This document shows, piece by piece, positions 1 to 11,655 of a stretch of 64,000 nt of DNA. The translations under genes and the position numbers were made by a program. Position 1 is the stretch's first letter. Each line of letters opens with the position of its first letter. The stretch comes from Takakia lepidozioides. Lineage: Eukaryota > Plantae > Bryophyta. Below the pieces are notes generated by a model that searched no databases, was not told the origin of the DNA, and saw only the letters and a program-made list of their open reading frames with translations. The stretch spans positions 31,992,001-32,056,000 of the forward strand of contig CM060734.1 of the NCBI GenBank assembly GCA_030704615.1, given 5' to 3'.

Positions 1-577
1 TTCAAGTGAAAGAGAGTAGGGAAGCCAACTATCAAAGTCTTCAACCTCCACACCTCTTGGTTTTCAAACTCACGAGCAGAGACGACAACTAAATCTGCGC
101 GCACAGCCCATGGAAACAGCAGGGCCAGATGGACTCCCGCCCCAAGATATATATTATAATAATGCTAAAACAAACATTGTATCTAGCTTAGCACCAGCAC
201 ACTAGATAACGGTCATCTCTCTCGAGTGATAAGAAAAGCTAAAAGGACACACACTCCCAACACAAGAAATATGAAATCCATCGCTATCACTCTTTAAAAC
301 AGAAGTCGAGCCAGGGGCACCCCAAGCTGTGGGGACTCCACCCCACAACAACCTACACTCCCATCATGAGCACACTCAGTCCTAAACGCATGAAGGAGCT
401 CGGTCGCGCAGGCTCAACTCGAGAGAGATGAGCTGCGCGACTGCCGCTCTCATGAAGATAAGACGGTTCAGGTGTCAAACTAAACTTGACACCTGACTTA
501 ACACTTGACCTAAATCCAAGTGTTAAATACAAATAACTAGCTTTATTCTAGTTGTTTTCACACTGTGCTTATTTAAC

Positions 578-2250
578 TTGACATACCAAGCAATGTCTGG
601 AACAAGGTCTAGCACTGGGACAGGAAGTTCATCAGGGAAAAAGAAGAAACATGGATCGGAGCGTGATAGCGCTATCAACAGAGACTATTACCCCAGCAAA
701 GCCGCCGGGGATGTTGTCAAGGAGTTGGTGCTAGCATATTTTATGGAGAAGAGCATGATGTACTTCCAAAGTGCGTATGTCCGGCATGGACACGATGGAT
801 TTTGCAAGTTTGAACTGCGGATGGAGCAAAAAATCCGGGAAGCTTTGGCCGGGGAGAAGTGGACAGAGGAGAGGGAGAAGCGCAAGTTCGACCAGTGGGT
901 GGAACATCGAGTGGGCGACATCACATGGAATCTCAAACAGCTTATTGGTTTGATGGTGAAACAAACGACAGCGGTCTGCTGCCGGCTTGGGAGAAGGACT
1001 CGTTTGTGTGAGTTGGCTGGTGGGCGGATTCAGCGAAGGCCCACGGAAAACGCCGCACCAAGTCACTGACACGGAGGCAGCCCGACAGCATTCCTGGAGA
1101 GGGAGCGGCATTGTTGTACCTCAGTTCAAATGCAGTGGTGGAGCAGTTGGATGCACCACGGGAGGGGGGCTTCGGACGAGATCGTAAGGCACGAATTGCG
1201 GGTGATATCCGAATTAATATTAATTGGCAATTGGTGGGGAAAACACCTAAGGAGAAAGATCATCATCTTGCTAGGAGGCAACATTTTGAAGAGGCCATGG
1301 CTATGCGATTCGCACATCATGGGATTATAAAATATATATGTGTTCATCCACGAGACTTGGAGTGTTACACATTGTGGTGGAATGGGGGTTCCCTACTTGA
1401 TGTTTGGAAGAGTGACGAACGATTTGGGAGCCGGGTGGATAACAGGAGCTCACTATTGGCAAAGCATTGGATCGAGCAAGAACAGGAGCAGGTGAACCGT
1501 TTGGTTCGTTACCGCCGCCACCAGAGTAAATTAGCTTGGGCACTATTGAGCATTATGGATAGTGTTCATAAGAACCACGTCATGCACAATGACCTTTCAC
1601 CGAGTAATATTTTGTTGCATTTCCCGGATAGTACCGACCAGGTGTACATCGGGGCGTGTGATTGGGAAATGGCAACCTCCATCGAGGCAGGACACATTTT
1701 CACGAATTTTTTACACATCCCCATAGTTCACAATTTGTCCTCCGGAATAGCATCACATCCATCGGCCGCTTGAATTTTTGGCCTATCGTAAACGTCCCAA
1801 TTGAGGTCCTGTTTCTTCCATTTGGCACCTCTCTATCCTGCGGGGCCTGGTTCGACCGCCTCCCCGAAGATATTTCCATATCTTTTTGAAACTACCAACA
1901 AAATGAAGGAGGAATTGCATCGGTGTTGGTGGGTGGCGCCAGAGATTGCTATGGTCCACGCGGCAACAAACAATTTGGTGGATGACACACCGCGAAGGCC
2001 CACCCAGAGCATGGCTTCCGAAACATTTGTTGTTGGTAAGATAACACACAAAATCAATGGTGGCAGTCATTACGATGGGAGTGCGTTTGAGGATAAATTC
2101 ATGGCAGAGTGTTTTGCTCTTGCTCTAGAGCAGCTATGCGATGTTGTTTAGGAGACTCTACCAACGTTGAGCGCCATAACGCGACGTTTCATGTCGCCAC
2201 CATTCAATTGGATGGAGCCTCACGATTGCTATAAGAAGGACATGTTGTAG
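578..2250 (+). pseudogene. Degenerate protein kinase-like gene (split over ORFs 578-1069, 1111-1773, 1801-2151)
   Basis: Kinase motifs in the expected order: REGGFG (Gly loop), HNDLSPSNILL (catalytic loop), ACDWEMA (DFG equivalent), WWVAPE, SETFVVG (subdomain IX). Broken by frameshifts and stops. Confidence 0.75.
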
Positions 2251-2608
2251 GCAATTTTACAAGCGCCGTATGCTATAGCATGATGGTTCATGGAGTTACA
2301 ATTTTAGATTGTACCCAATTTTCTCGCGTGGTTATAAAAGCACTATGACATTTTGAAATTGCGCATTGAGATGATTTTCAAGTTTCTTGTGGCCATGAAA
2401 TGATTCATATATGATGTGAAACAAATGTTTTTTCATTGCATTTATGATTCCATTGAAATTTGACAATTGACAAGTGACAAAATTCCCAATTCCCATTCAT
2501 ATACACAATTGTTTCAAAAGTGGCGGTTGCACTTCATGAAGATCAAAGAAATTCGTGGAAGTTTAAATTGGCAGCTATTCATCCTATATCTGCATACAGG
2601 TTCCACTC

Positions 2609-4276
2609 CTACCATCTTTTGATGGATGTACACCAATTACTGGTGCAGATGGCATGTTGATATTGAGGTTCATGGTGCGGCCTGTAAGTCTTGCCATTGA
2701 TCGAGTATGGGGGGGGGGGGGGTGGTCCCAGTCTTAGCAAATGTTCAGCATATTCCACCTTTCCCATCAATTGTTGTGTCACAAATGAATGTGCTTCTGT
2801 AATTTCTTCGGCACGTTGATTTTGGCGCCATGCTGGTGAAGGTAAGTTGCAAGCAACATTGTTGTTGAAACCAAAGGCTGCATTCAATTCTGCAATTATT
2901 GTTGGGCCATCCGCCAAATGCCAATAAGGAAGACCACGCAACTGGGCATCCACTAATATGTTCCAGTTCTTCAACATTGAATTGATTGTTGATTTATATT
3001 CATCCATCATCTCTCTCGCTTTTGCATCCTCCTCCTCTTCATTTGTACTATCGACATTGTATGATTTGAGGAGGTGTATATATTCTGTGGATGCTCTTTC
3101 TATTGTGAGTTGAAATGACATCCTCCCAAGTGGTTGTTCGTCGTATTTCTCCACATTCACCCCTGTCACAGGAGATTCTGGTATTCGGAAGAACCTACTT
3201 TTTCTTTCACTCCAATGTCCTCCAAAATGTCGGCAAAACAGTTCTCTTTCTTCAGCATTGGGTATGCATCACACACGTTTCGTGATTTCTCAGTTTGATG
3301 TGACCCAGAATGTATCCATGTTGAACTCTCTACTTGAATCCTCCGTAAGTAGGTCATGCATCCTTGTATATGGATTCCACAACATGACTTCACCCCAATG
3401 CTGCAAATTGAGAAATGAGAAAGGCTCTTGGTCCATTGGCAAGTTGTGTCTGTTGTATTCGTACCATATTGGAATGATCTCCTCCAAGCCATACAATTCA
3501 TAGTATTGACGATGGATTGGCGTATGGCACTCTGGGCATGCACTCCGAGTAAGGGCAGCTGTTACAAGATATGTGTGTGTGGAAGAAATGCCCACAAGAC
3601 CCAAGCATGTGTGTTCTCTCTGGTCCAAAGGGGTTTTCACAAATCGTGCATACTGATCCATCTGTGATGAATGAAGGCACAAGATTTTGTGGTATATCCG
3701 TACGATCATTGAGTTTCACATGGGCTGATTTTCGTGGCCTCGTATCCCACTCTTCCTCAATCTCCAGTTCCCAGTTAGTGCTCATGTTAATATTAGAAAT
3801 TGTGTGCGAACAATGGTTAAACATTTCTTCTACATCAGCCCAGAGGGTGAACCCAGTGAATTGCAAGTTCTCCTTATTGCGAATATAATTGTTATACCTC
3901 TCCAAATTAGCGGTAATGTTGTCCCGATAAAGGCCGCCTGGCATACCTGCAATCTCTTGTAGTTGAGACAACGCCCACTCCGTTTCTCTTACTCGTGATG
4001 CCAAAAAATTTCCAAACCACACCCAATTTTTCCAGTGCCCAGCCCCTGGTACATACCTCCGAATGTCCATATCGTACGCCAAACGTCCCACTCCCTAACC
4101 ACCTCATACAATTCACCAAAATAATCAGTGTGAACGGTTGTCCTCGAACATTCTCCAAATTCAAGCATGACCTCTTTCACTTTCCGACTTCTTTCATTTA
4201 TAATTTGTTGTTCGTTTGGCACAATGTATTTCATATACCCGGGTATCGGCCCGGCTTCGAAATCTGCCATGACCAT
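2609..4276 (-). pseudogene. RING-H2 finger protein, copy 1 (frameshifted)
   Basis: CTICENPFGPERTHMLGSCGHFFH, then a frameshift into LVTAALTRSACPECHTPIH. Downstream ORFs 3290-3709, 3166-3543 and 2609-3169 are collinear fragments. Confidence 0.75.
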
Positions 4277-4739
4277 TTCTCACAGCCCTTCAATATTGGC
4301 CTACAAATCGCCCTGCAGAGAACCAAAACAATACTCTGTAGTGATCATTTGTGACTACCACCACCATGATCATACTTACAAAATATATTTACATATGTCA
4401 TAGCTATGTCGACACTGAGGAGGCTCGACCCATTTGTCTCCCTTGTTCACTACTTGCATCTCTTTAACTACACGACACAACATTTGAAAAATAGTTTAAA
4501 TCCAATGAAAATGGTTCAAAGGTTTACCAACGGTTTCCATGGAAGAAAAGACAAAACTTCATGACCCCTTTCCATGGGCCCCTCCTAGCCAACTCTCTTC
4601 CATGAATGCCACGCATCTGAGGGCAACAAAGCTGAGCTTGGAGTGAAAGTGAAGAGGGGCCTACCCTCCTTTATAAGCACCCCAAGCCCACAGTCATTGC
4701 CCTCTTCCAATTAATATACTACACTTTAAGAGGGCAGGA

Positions 4740-5310
4740 AAGGGTGGCAAGAAAGGCGACCGCCACAATGGCGGTCGCCGACGGGGCACATGACGTGGCG
4801 TTTCTAGCGACCGCCACAGCGGTAGTCGCATGTGTGCTAGGTGGCGTGGCGATGGTGGCGACCGCCACTATAGCGGTCGCCTGGCAGCCCCCCCCCCCCC
4901 ACCCCACACGGCCAGGAACGACATTGGGACCGCCAGTCTGGCAGTCCCAAGCCCCCAATCGCCGACTGCCGAAGCGGTCGCCTCATGGGTAAAAAACCAA
5001 GTGGAAACATTTTTTTTTAAAAAAAAAAATGTACGGACCGCCAGTCTCGCAGTCTCGAGCCCCCAATCGGCAACCGCCATAGCAGTCGTCTCCTGGGTTT
5101 ATTTATTTATTTATTTTTTAAACCAAAAAAATTGACCATTGAGTCGGTAAACAAATTTTAAGAAAGTCTCATGGTCCCAACCCCCCAACCGGCGACCGCC
5201 ACAACGGTAGCCGCAGGGATACCCGAAAAAAAAAAAAAAAACAAAACAAAAAAAACCGATGGGGACTTGGAGCCAGGCGGTCCCGAGGCCCCCCACCGGC
5301 AACCGCGTAG
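4740..5310. repeat. GC-rich block of GGCGACCGCC/GGCGGTCGCC motifs in both orientations with poly-A tracts
   Basis: More than 10 copies of gcgaccgcc-like motifs, lying between the divergent RING and hAT transposase genes. Confidence 0.8.
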
Positions 5311-5655
5311 AAATTGATTGAAAAGGTGAACTCATCGTTCGCTGTTCAAATGAATTTTTATTGCTTTCATTCTTTGCGAGTGTGTTGGACATATCTTGCC
5401 CTCAAGTATCAGGTGAAGCAAATTTGATTGAAAGGGTGAATCCATCGTGAACTGTTCAAATGAATTTTGATTGCTTCGAATTTTTGCGAGAGTGTTGGAC
5501 ATGCCTTCTCAAGTACGTGTCGAGTATCAGGTCAATCGAAATTGATTCAAAGGGTGAACCCATCATTCGCTATTCAAATGATTTTTTATTGATTTTAAAC
5601 ATTGCGAGTGTGTTGGACATACATTGTCACAGGCTCCTCTCAAGTATCAGGTCAA
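5310..5655 (+). repeat. Three diverged tandem copies of a ~110-120 bp unit
   Basis: aattgattgaaa.ggtgaa...gcgagtgtgttggacat...ctcaagta recurs at about 5310, 5420 and 5540. Confidence 0.85.
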
Positions 5656-7100
5656 CCAAAATTACGTGACAGCGAAGAGGGCATTAGATAAGAAGTGGGC
5701 AATGTTTTTCTATGAGGCCAACATACCATTCAACGTGGCACGACTCCCATCGTTTGTTTCAGCTGTGAGAACAACTTCGGAGTCAAAATGCACGTACACA
5801 CCACCTCCTTACAATGCTCTACGTACGGGATTATTGGAAGAGACCATGACTGACATTTCAAAACGAGTAACAGATCGAATTGGGGATTCATTGCGAAAAT
5901 ATGGAAGTACATTATGTGTCGATGGTTGGAGCTCAGTCACGAACCGACCATTATTCAACATCATGCTCGTATGTCTAGCGGGGGAACAATTTATAGGAAC
6001 TATTGACACAACCGGGGAACGGAATGATGCACGTTACCAGTTTCTGGTGCTATCGAAAGCCATTGACTCTGTTGGACCAGAGAAAAATATACAAATTTGT
6101 ACGGACAATACCTCGAACATGAGAAATATGACCCAGTTACTTTTGGCTTAGTACCCTCACATGTATTATCAAGGATGTTGTGCTCATATCCTCGACCTAC
6201 TGTTAGAAGATTGGGGAAAAGAGCAATGAGTGAAAGACCTTGTGAAGCAGGCCAAGTCTGTTGTGAAGTTCATCCGAAACCACCACATGCCTTTGGCAAT
6301 ATATTGGAGGCACGAACCAAAATACAGCCTAAAGAATCCAGGAGAAACTCGGTTTGCCACCAACTTCCCGATGGTGGACAGATTGGTGACTGTGAGGTCC
6401 GCGCTCGAGCACACTGTTATTGACCCACAGTGGGAATTCCATGTACGGACGTGCGGGACTCTCGGAAGAACAAGTCACTGAGCAAAAGTTGAAAGGTCAG
6501 AAAGACCATTCGATTAGATGATTTCTGGTCCAAGTGCGAGAACTTTGTACACATGGTGGAGCCAGCCCGTGTTGTGTTACGGGAGTTCGATGGAAAGAAA
6601 CCAGTTATGGGAAAGGCATGGTTGCTATTGAGGAACCTTCAGCAACATGTATTTTCATTGAAAGACCCTCACTAGATGCAGAGTTGGCGAGAAGGGCCGA
6701 TGTCGATGCGAAAGCGGGATTGATACGGACACTCATGAAATTGGCCCCTCCAAATCAGGGGAAGAGAGCTATATCGGAGTATCCAAGTTTCTTGTACCAT
6801 CGTGACCCTTTCCACAACCTTCCAGATCCAAAAAAACTTAACATGCAGCCGCATGAATGGTGGGATTTCATTGGCGCCGGAGCAATGACATTAGCCCCTA
6901 TCGCAAAGCGTGTTCTTGCTCAAGTGTGCTCTGCGTCTTCCTGTGAACGTAATTAGAGTAGTTATTCATTCGTGCATAGCAAGATTCGGAACAGGTTGCA
7001 TCCGGATAGGGCCGAGAAATTGGTATATGTGTATACCAATTCACGACTATTACGGGCTGAAGCGGGGGATGATACTGCAGCATGGTACGAGAGGAATTTG
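5624..7100 (+). pseudogene. hAT-superfamily transposase (DUF659 + hAT C-terminal dimerisation domain), disrupted
   Basis: Motifs FFYEANIPFN, CVDGWS (first D), ICTDN (second D), GCCAHILDL (CxxH), ETRFAT, EWW...SASSCERN*S (E), HSKIRNRL...KLVYVYTN. Several stops and frameshifts; an acidic tail continues to 7676. Confidence 0.92.
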
Positions 7101-8262
7101 CAATCTGAAGACTCAGCTTGTAAGGCCTATACAACAAGTGACGATGCCGGTAATTCTAATAGTTCGAATAGCTCCCAAGCGGGAGATGATGCAGAGGGCA
7201 ATGAATATGATGCACATGGTTTCAACGAGGACGATGATACAATGTTTTCGATGTTTGATAACTTACTCGCGGATGATGTGGTGCATCATGTGGCTCATAT
7301 TGGAGTCACCCGCACTACAACGCATGATACGGACCACCACCCGCATGTGCACCATCTTCTGACATTGCCAAGCAGTGTAGTCAACTTCGACCTTCACCCA
7401 AGCGTGGATGAGGAACGGGGCTCAGGTAGTATTCCAAAAGGGAACGAGACCAATGAAAATGTGGAAGTACACATGGCGGCAATTATTACCCTCCCGTCCA
7501 CCACAACACCGCAAACAACAGAGGAAGTTGAAGAGCCCGAGTCGCACGAGAATGTGACAAAAAACATGGCAAGTTCTCCTGAAATTGGTACGGAACTTGC
7601 ATTATATAATTATGAAACTATGAATGTATGCAAAGTGGAAAATGCATGCATGCACCATGATGTTCATATAAAATAATATCAATAATGTCAAATGATGCTG
7701 GGTCAATGACGAACAAAATGGGATATACAACAACCGCGGTTGTCCAGCAGAGCAGACCGTGCAATATTCACATTTTGGCATGCAATGTATTGAGAACTAT
7801 TCACTCTGAAATTGAGTATCCCTATGAAATATTCATGTATGCCGGTGGACTTGATTAAAATTCCAAACCCGCAACTTAACAACAACGGTGGACTTGCTAA
7901 TAAATTATAACTTATTCTTCGACACTATGAAGTTCTACATTAAATCCCTATCAGGTCAATCAAAATTATTGTGGTTAACAGTTATTCAGCTCAACAAATA
8001 TGACGTACAACCGTGGTCCATGCAAAATTCAAATGAAAATTCCAGAATAATGAGAAATAGTGCTTCAAATATAAAGGTCGTCCACAAGCATTGGGCGCCA
8101 TAGTCAAATCACGAAAGACATGCCTCATGGGCAATGCTTCGAAATTCGGGCATGAAATGTTATGTTGAAATTTTACAAACCTATTAGAAGTTATAGAAAG
8201 ATTTATTCATAGTTGTAATATGTAAGCGAGGCTATTCCAATAAATCTATAGTCTCTTGTGTT

Positions 8263-10311
8263 TCACTCCTTGAAGTTGTAGATGGCACCGCCGAACGTGG
8301 GGGTGATGACAACGTTGAGTGTGTAGAAGCGGCGTCCAGATGAACACATTCCTCGTCCACCCTTGCCATCATGCGGAGTGACTCCAGGGAGTATTGATTG
8401 GGCCACTCTACTGACTATCATTTTTGAGACGACGAGGCGGCGAGTTAACATTGTTGGCGACAGTTTCAGCGGCCTTCAAGGTAGCTACAAGGTCCTGGAC
8501 ATTTGGGAGATCAATGGATTTCACACCCACTAACACGCTTGTTAGACTCATTTGCCACGTTCTAACGACTTGCCTAATGGCCTTGGCATATCTGTTGATT
8601 TTCTTTTCATCCGCATCCTCATATGCGGGATTGCGACGCAGCCGCCGTTCTTTGCGTTCCGTCATTGCGTCGTTCATTCGGATCCATGATTTGGCAACAC
8701 GCTCAAGGCTATGCAGCAACAGATGCCAGCCAATCGGATTACCATTGTATGAGGAAAGGTTCACTCCGTTTGGTGGGTTCTCGGGCAACCGAAAAAACCT
8801 CTCGCTTCTTATTCCCCAATGTCCTCCAAGGTTTCGACAAAACAACTCTCGTTGATCTGGATCTTATATGCAACGAGCACGTTTTGTGATTTCATCATCC
8901 AAAACTCATTGATATTGAACGTCCGATCGGATATCATGCCATGCATCCTCGTATCGGCATTCCATGCCAACGTCTTCCCCCAGTGTTTGCCGTTCAGAAA
9001 ATTGTGAGGTTCCTGGTCCAAAGGGAAATTGTGTCGATTGAGCTCATACCCTATGGGCATCACATCCTCCAACCCAAATAGCTCATAGTAACGTCAGTGG
9101 ATTGGCGCACGACATGACGGACATGTGTTGCTTATCAGAGCCGCCGACTTCAAACAAGTTACGTGAAACATATGTCCACAACTTCCCAAAAAGTATGCAC
9201 ACTCAAGACCATATGGATTAAGGCAAACCGGACAACACGAGCCATCTTTGATCCATGAATGGTATTGGAGGACGTGAGCACTCCACCCGCTTGTTGTCGA
9301 ACAAGTGGGATGACATTTGTGTCTCACTAGTATCCCACTCATCCTCCATTTCAAATTCCCAAATTATGCTCTCATTGCCTCGACCAACTCTATGTTCACA
9401 ATGGTCAAACATGGCATGTAAATCACCCCACACCGTGAATGAGTCAAACTCGGATGTATGGGTGGTGGCAAGTACGGCGGATACGTCTTGGCCGTCACGT
9501 TTTTTTCTTTCTTCATCCTTTTGTTTTTCTCAGTAAGTGGCAAATACCTCATAGTGTTGGCAAATACCTAATTGTTTTGTCGGATTGAATAGTTGTTCCC
9601 GAACACTCACCCCTCACCACCATAGACTCCTTGCATTTTGTCCTCTGTTCACATTCAAGCCTTGCATCTTGTGCAACAGCAAATGACGACCGGGGCGGGC
9701 TAGGAATATTATAAGTTATTTGTGCAATGACATCGTCGACCAATATTGAGGACTGTCTCCCCAATTCATCTATTTGATGCCTTTGCCTATTCACCATGTC
9801 CTCCAACTCTGCAATACGTCGGTCTTTGGCTTGCAATTCATTTTCCAACAAAGGTTGTGTTGCAGTTGCTTCGGGTGCATTCAATACGGGTTGGGACGAT
9901 GGCAGTGCTACTGTTGCTGCAGGTGCATTCAACTCGCGTTGGGGTGATGGTAGTGCTACTGTTGCTGCAGCTACATTCAACTGGCTTTGGGGCTGGGGCT
10001 CATATGGGTCGGGGATGTCGCTAAGGATATACTGCTTTACTCCTTTTCGTTTTGTGTCTGTCTGCCAATCCACACGTCTATGCAAAACAACCTCAACATA
10101 CACCATGGCTACCAATGATATGGTATGGAGTTACGGTACAACTTTGGTTGTCCCCACAATGTCTTGTATACATCTTCGGCCCTTTGGCAAAAATATACAT
10201 TTGTGCAATTTGGGGCGTCGCAGCAATTGTTCCGAGTGTGTATCTGATGCCTTGGCCTAGGCCACAAACGGTTTATGTGTGCCTACGCCGTTGCCCCCCC
10301 ACCTCCGTCAT
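8263..10311 (-). pseudogene. RING-H2 finger protein, copy 2, with N-terminal 16-aa repeats and coiled coil
   Basis: CPVCLNPYGLECAYFLGSCGHMFHVTCLKSAALISNTCPSCRAPIH. The downstream YELNRHNFPLDQEP..HWG..W...TRMH segment is paralogous to copy 1. ORF 9549-10115 has LNAPAATVALPS repeats and a coiled coil. Confidence 0.8.
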
Positions 10312-10719
10312 TTTTATAACGTTCGTAATATTATATAGCCTTTACACAACTCTCATTTATTTCTATATGATGTAAAAGCCTAGTGTACCTGCTACAGTCA
10401 CCTCGTTTGACCGAAACTCACCAATTTTAGCAAAATCACAGTAAAATGTAACACACCACAAGGGGAGGCCCAACTCCGAAATACACAAAATCTATTTAGT
10501 CCCCACCTAATGAATTGAGAAAATGGGTTTGGAAGCCAAAGATGGGATGTGGGGGTAAGAAAAAGCCCACAATTTAAAAAAAATCGGAGACAAAACCTCC
10601 CCCTGCGTGTCAATGGCTTCCCTCTTCCTCTAACTCCGTTCGGCAGAATGCAAAGCATCCCACACCCACAGAGCTAAAGGGGAAAAGTGAAAGTGAGAGC
10701 CAAAAATGGCCTCCTTCCC

Positions 10720-11117
10720 CATATATGGGCGACCGCTCAAAAGCGGTCACCCAAGCGCCTTCCGGAAGATGTCCGCCATGTGGCAGCCACCAGCGCAATG
10801 TGACGACCGCTGATGTGGCAGTCGCCCGGGCCGGCGGCCCATCCCCCAGGCGACCTCTGACGCGGCGGTCGCCCGTGCCGGCGGCCCATCCACCCGGGGA
10901 CTGCCAACGTGGCGACCGTTGCGTGCCCCATCCCGCCCGGTGACCGGCGCCTAGATGGTCACCTGGCTGGTCGCCTTCGTCCTCGTTGTCGCCAACGTGG
11001 CAGAAGAAAATAAAAAGAAAAAACGTAAAAAAAAAATATCGCGATGAATGTCTTGTTATGGACGCGACGTGACGACCGTGACGCCGATGTGTTACTGCGG
11101 CGTCACGTCCATACCTG
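10720..11117. repeat. Second GGCGACC/GGTCGCC motif block plus candidate hAT right terminus (...cacgtccatacctg)
   Basis: Same motif and A-tract as 4740-5310. Hairpin gtgacgccg/cggcgtcac. Ends in CCTG at 11117 (reverse complement CAGG, an hAT-like terminus). No matching left TIR in the window. Confidence 0.5.
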
Positions 11118-11539
11118 CAACCGGACAGTCAACCTACAAAAGTGAGAGCCAGGAAAGGAAAGAAATTAGGAAACTCTTGGCTCCTCAAAACTTACATCAT
11201 TCCACCAATCTCTCATCATTAGTAATAATCAGCATAACTAATTTAATTAGGCACCGATGTTTTGAATACCCCCAAGGACCTAAAAGTGTTCACCTACCCA
11301 CACATAAGTTACATGATCAGTTGACCCAGCTGTCTTTTCTATTAGCTGGGTTGGTTATAGTAGATGGCATCCAACCAGTGTTTTTCTTTCCCTTCATTTT
11401 TTCAAAATCATAGAGGGGCCACATGATGCGCCTATATAGCGAGAATAACAAAGTGGCTAGGCTAGAAAAGTGGCTATATACCAAGTGGCACATTTTCACG
11501 GATCCATATTGACAAAATTAGGCTCCTGATATTCAACTA

Positions 11540-11655
11540 TTGGCGCTTTTTGGCAAAAAAAATTCAGATTTTAACCCCCATAATTCCTTTTTACAAGTAG
11601 TTGACCCATTTTCCAGGTCGAAATCTGGCGAATTTTCGCCAGGAAAAAAACAGTG
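11540..11655 (-). repeat. Dispersed AT-rich repeat family member
   Basis: Reverse complement matches 34245-34320 (ggcgaaaa...cctggaaaatgggtca.ctac.tgta..aaggaat.atgggg). Confidence 0.7.

Noticed and set aside
7703-8103. Small ORFs between the transposase and RING copy 2
   Set aside because: Short, AT-rich and motif-free; consistent with convergent 3' UTRs.
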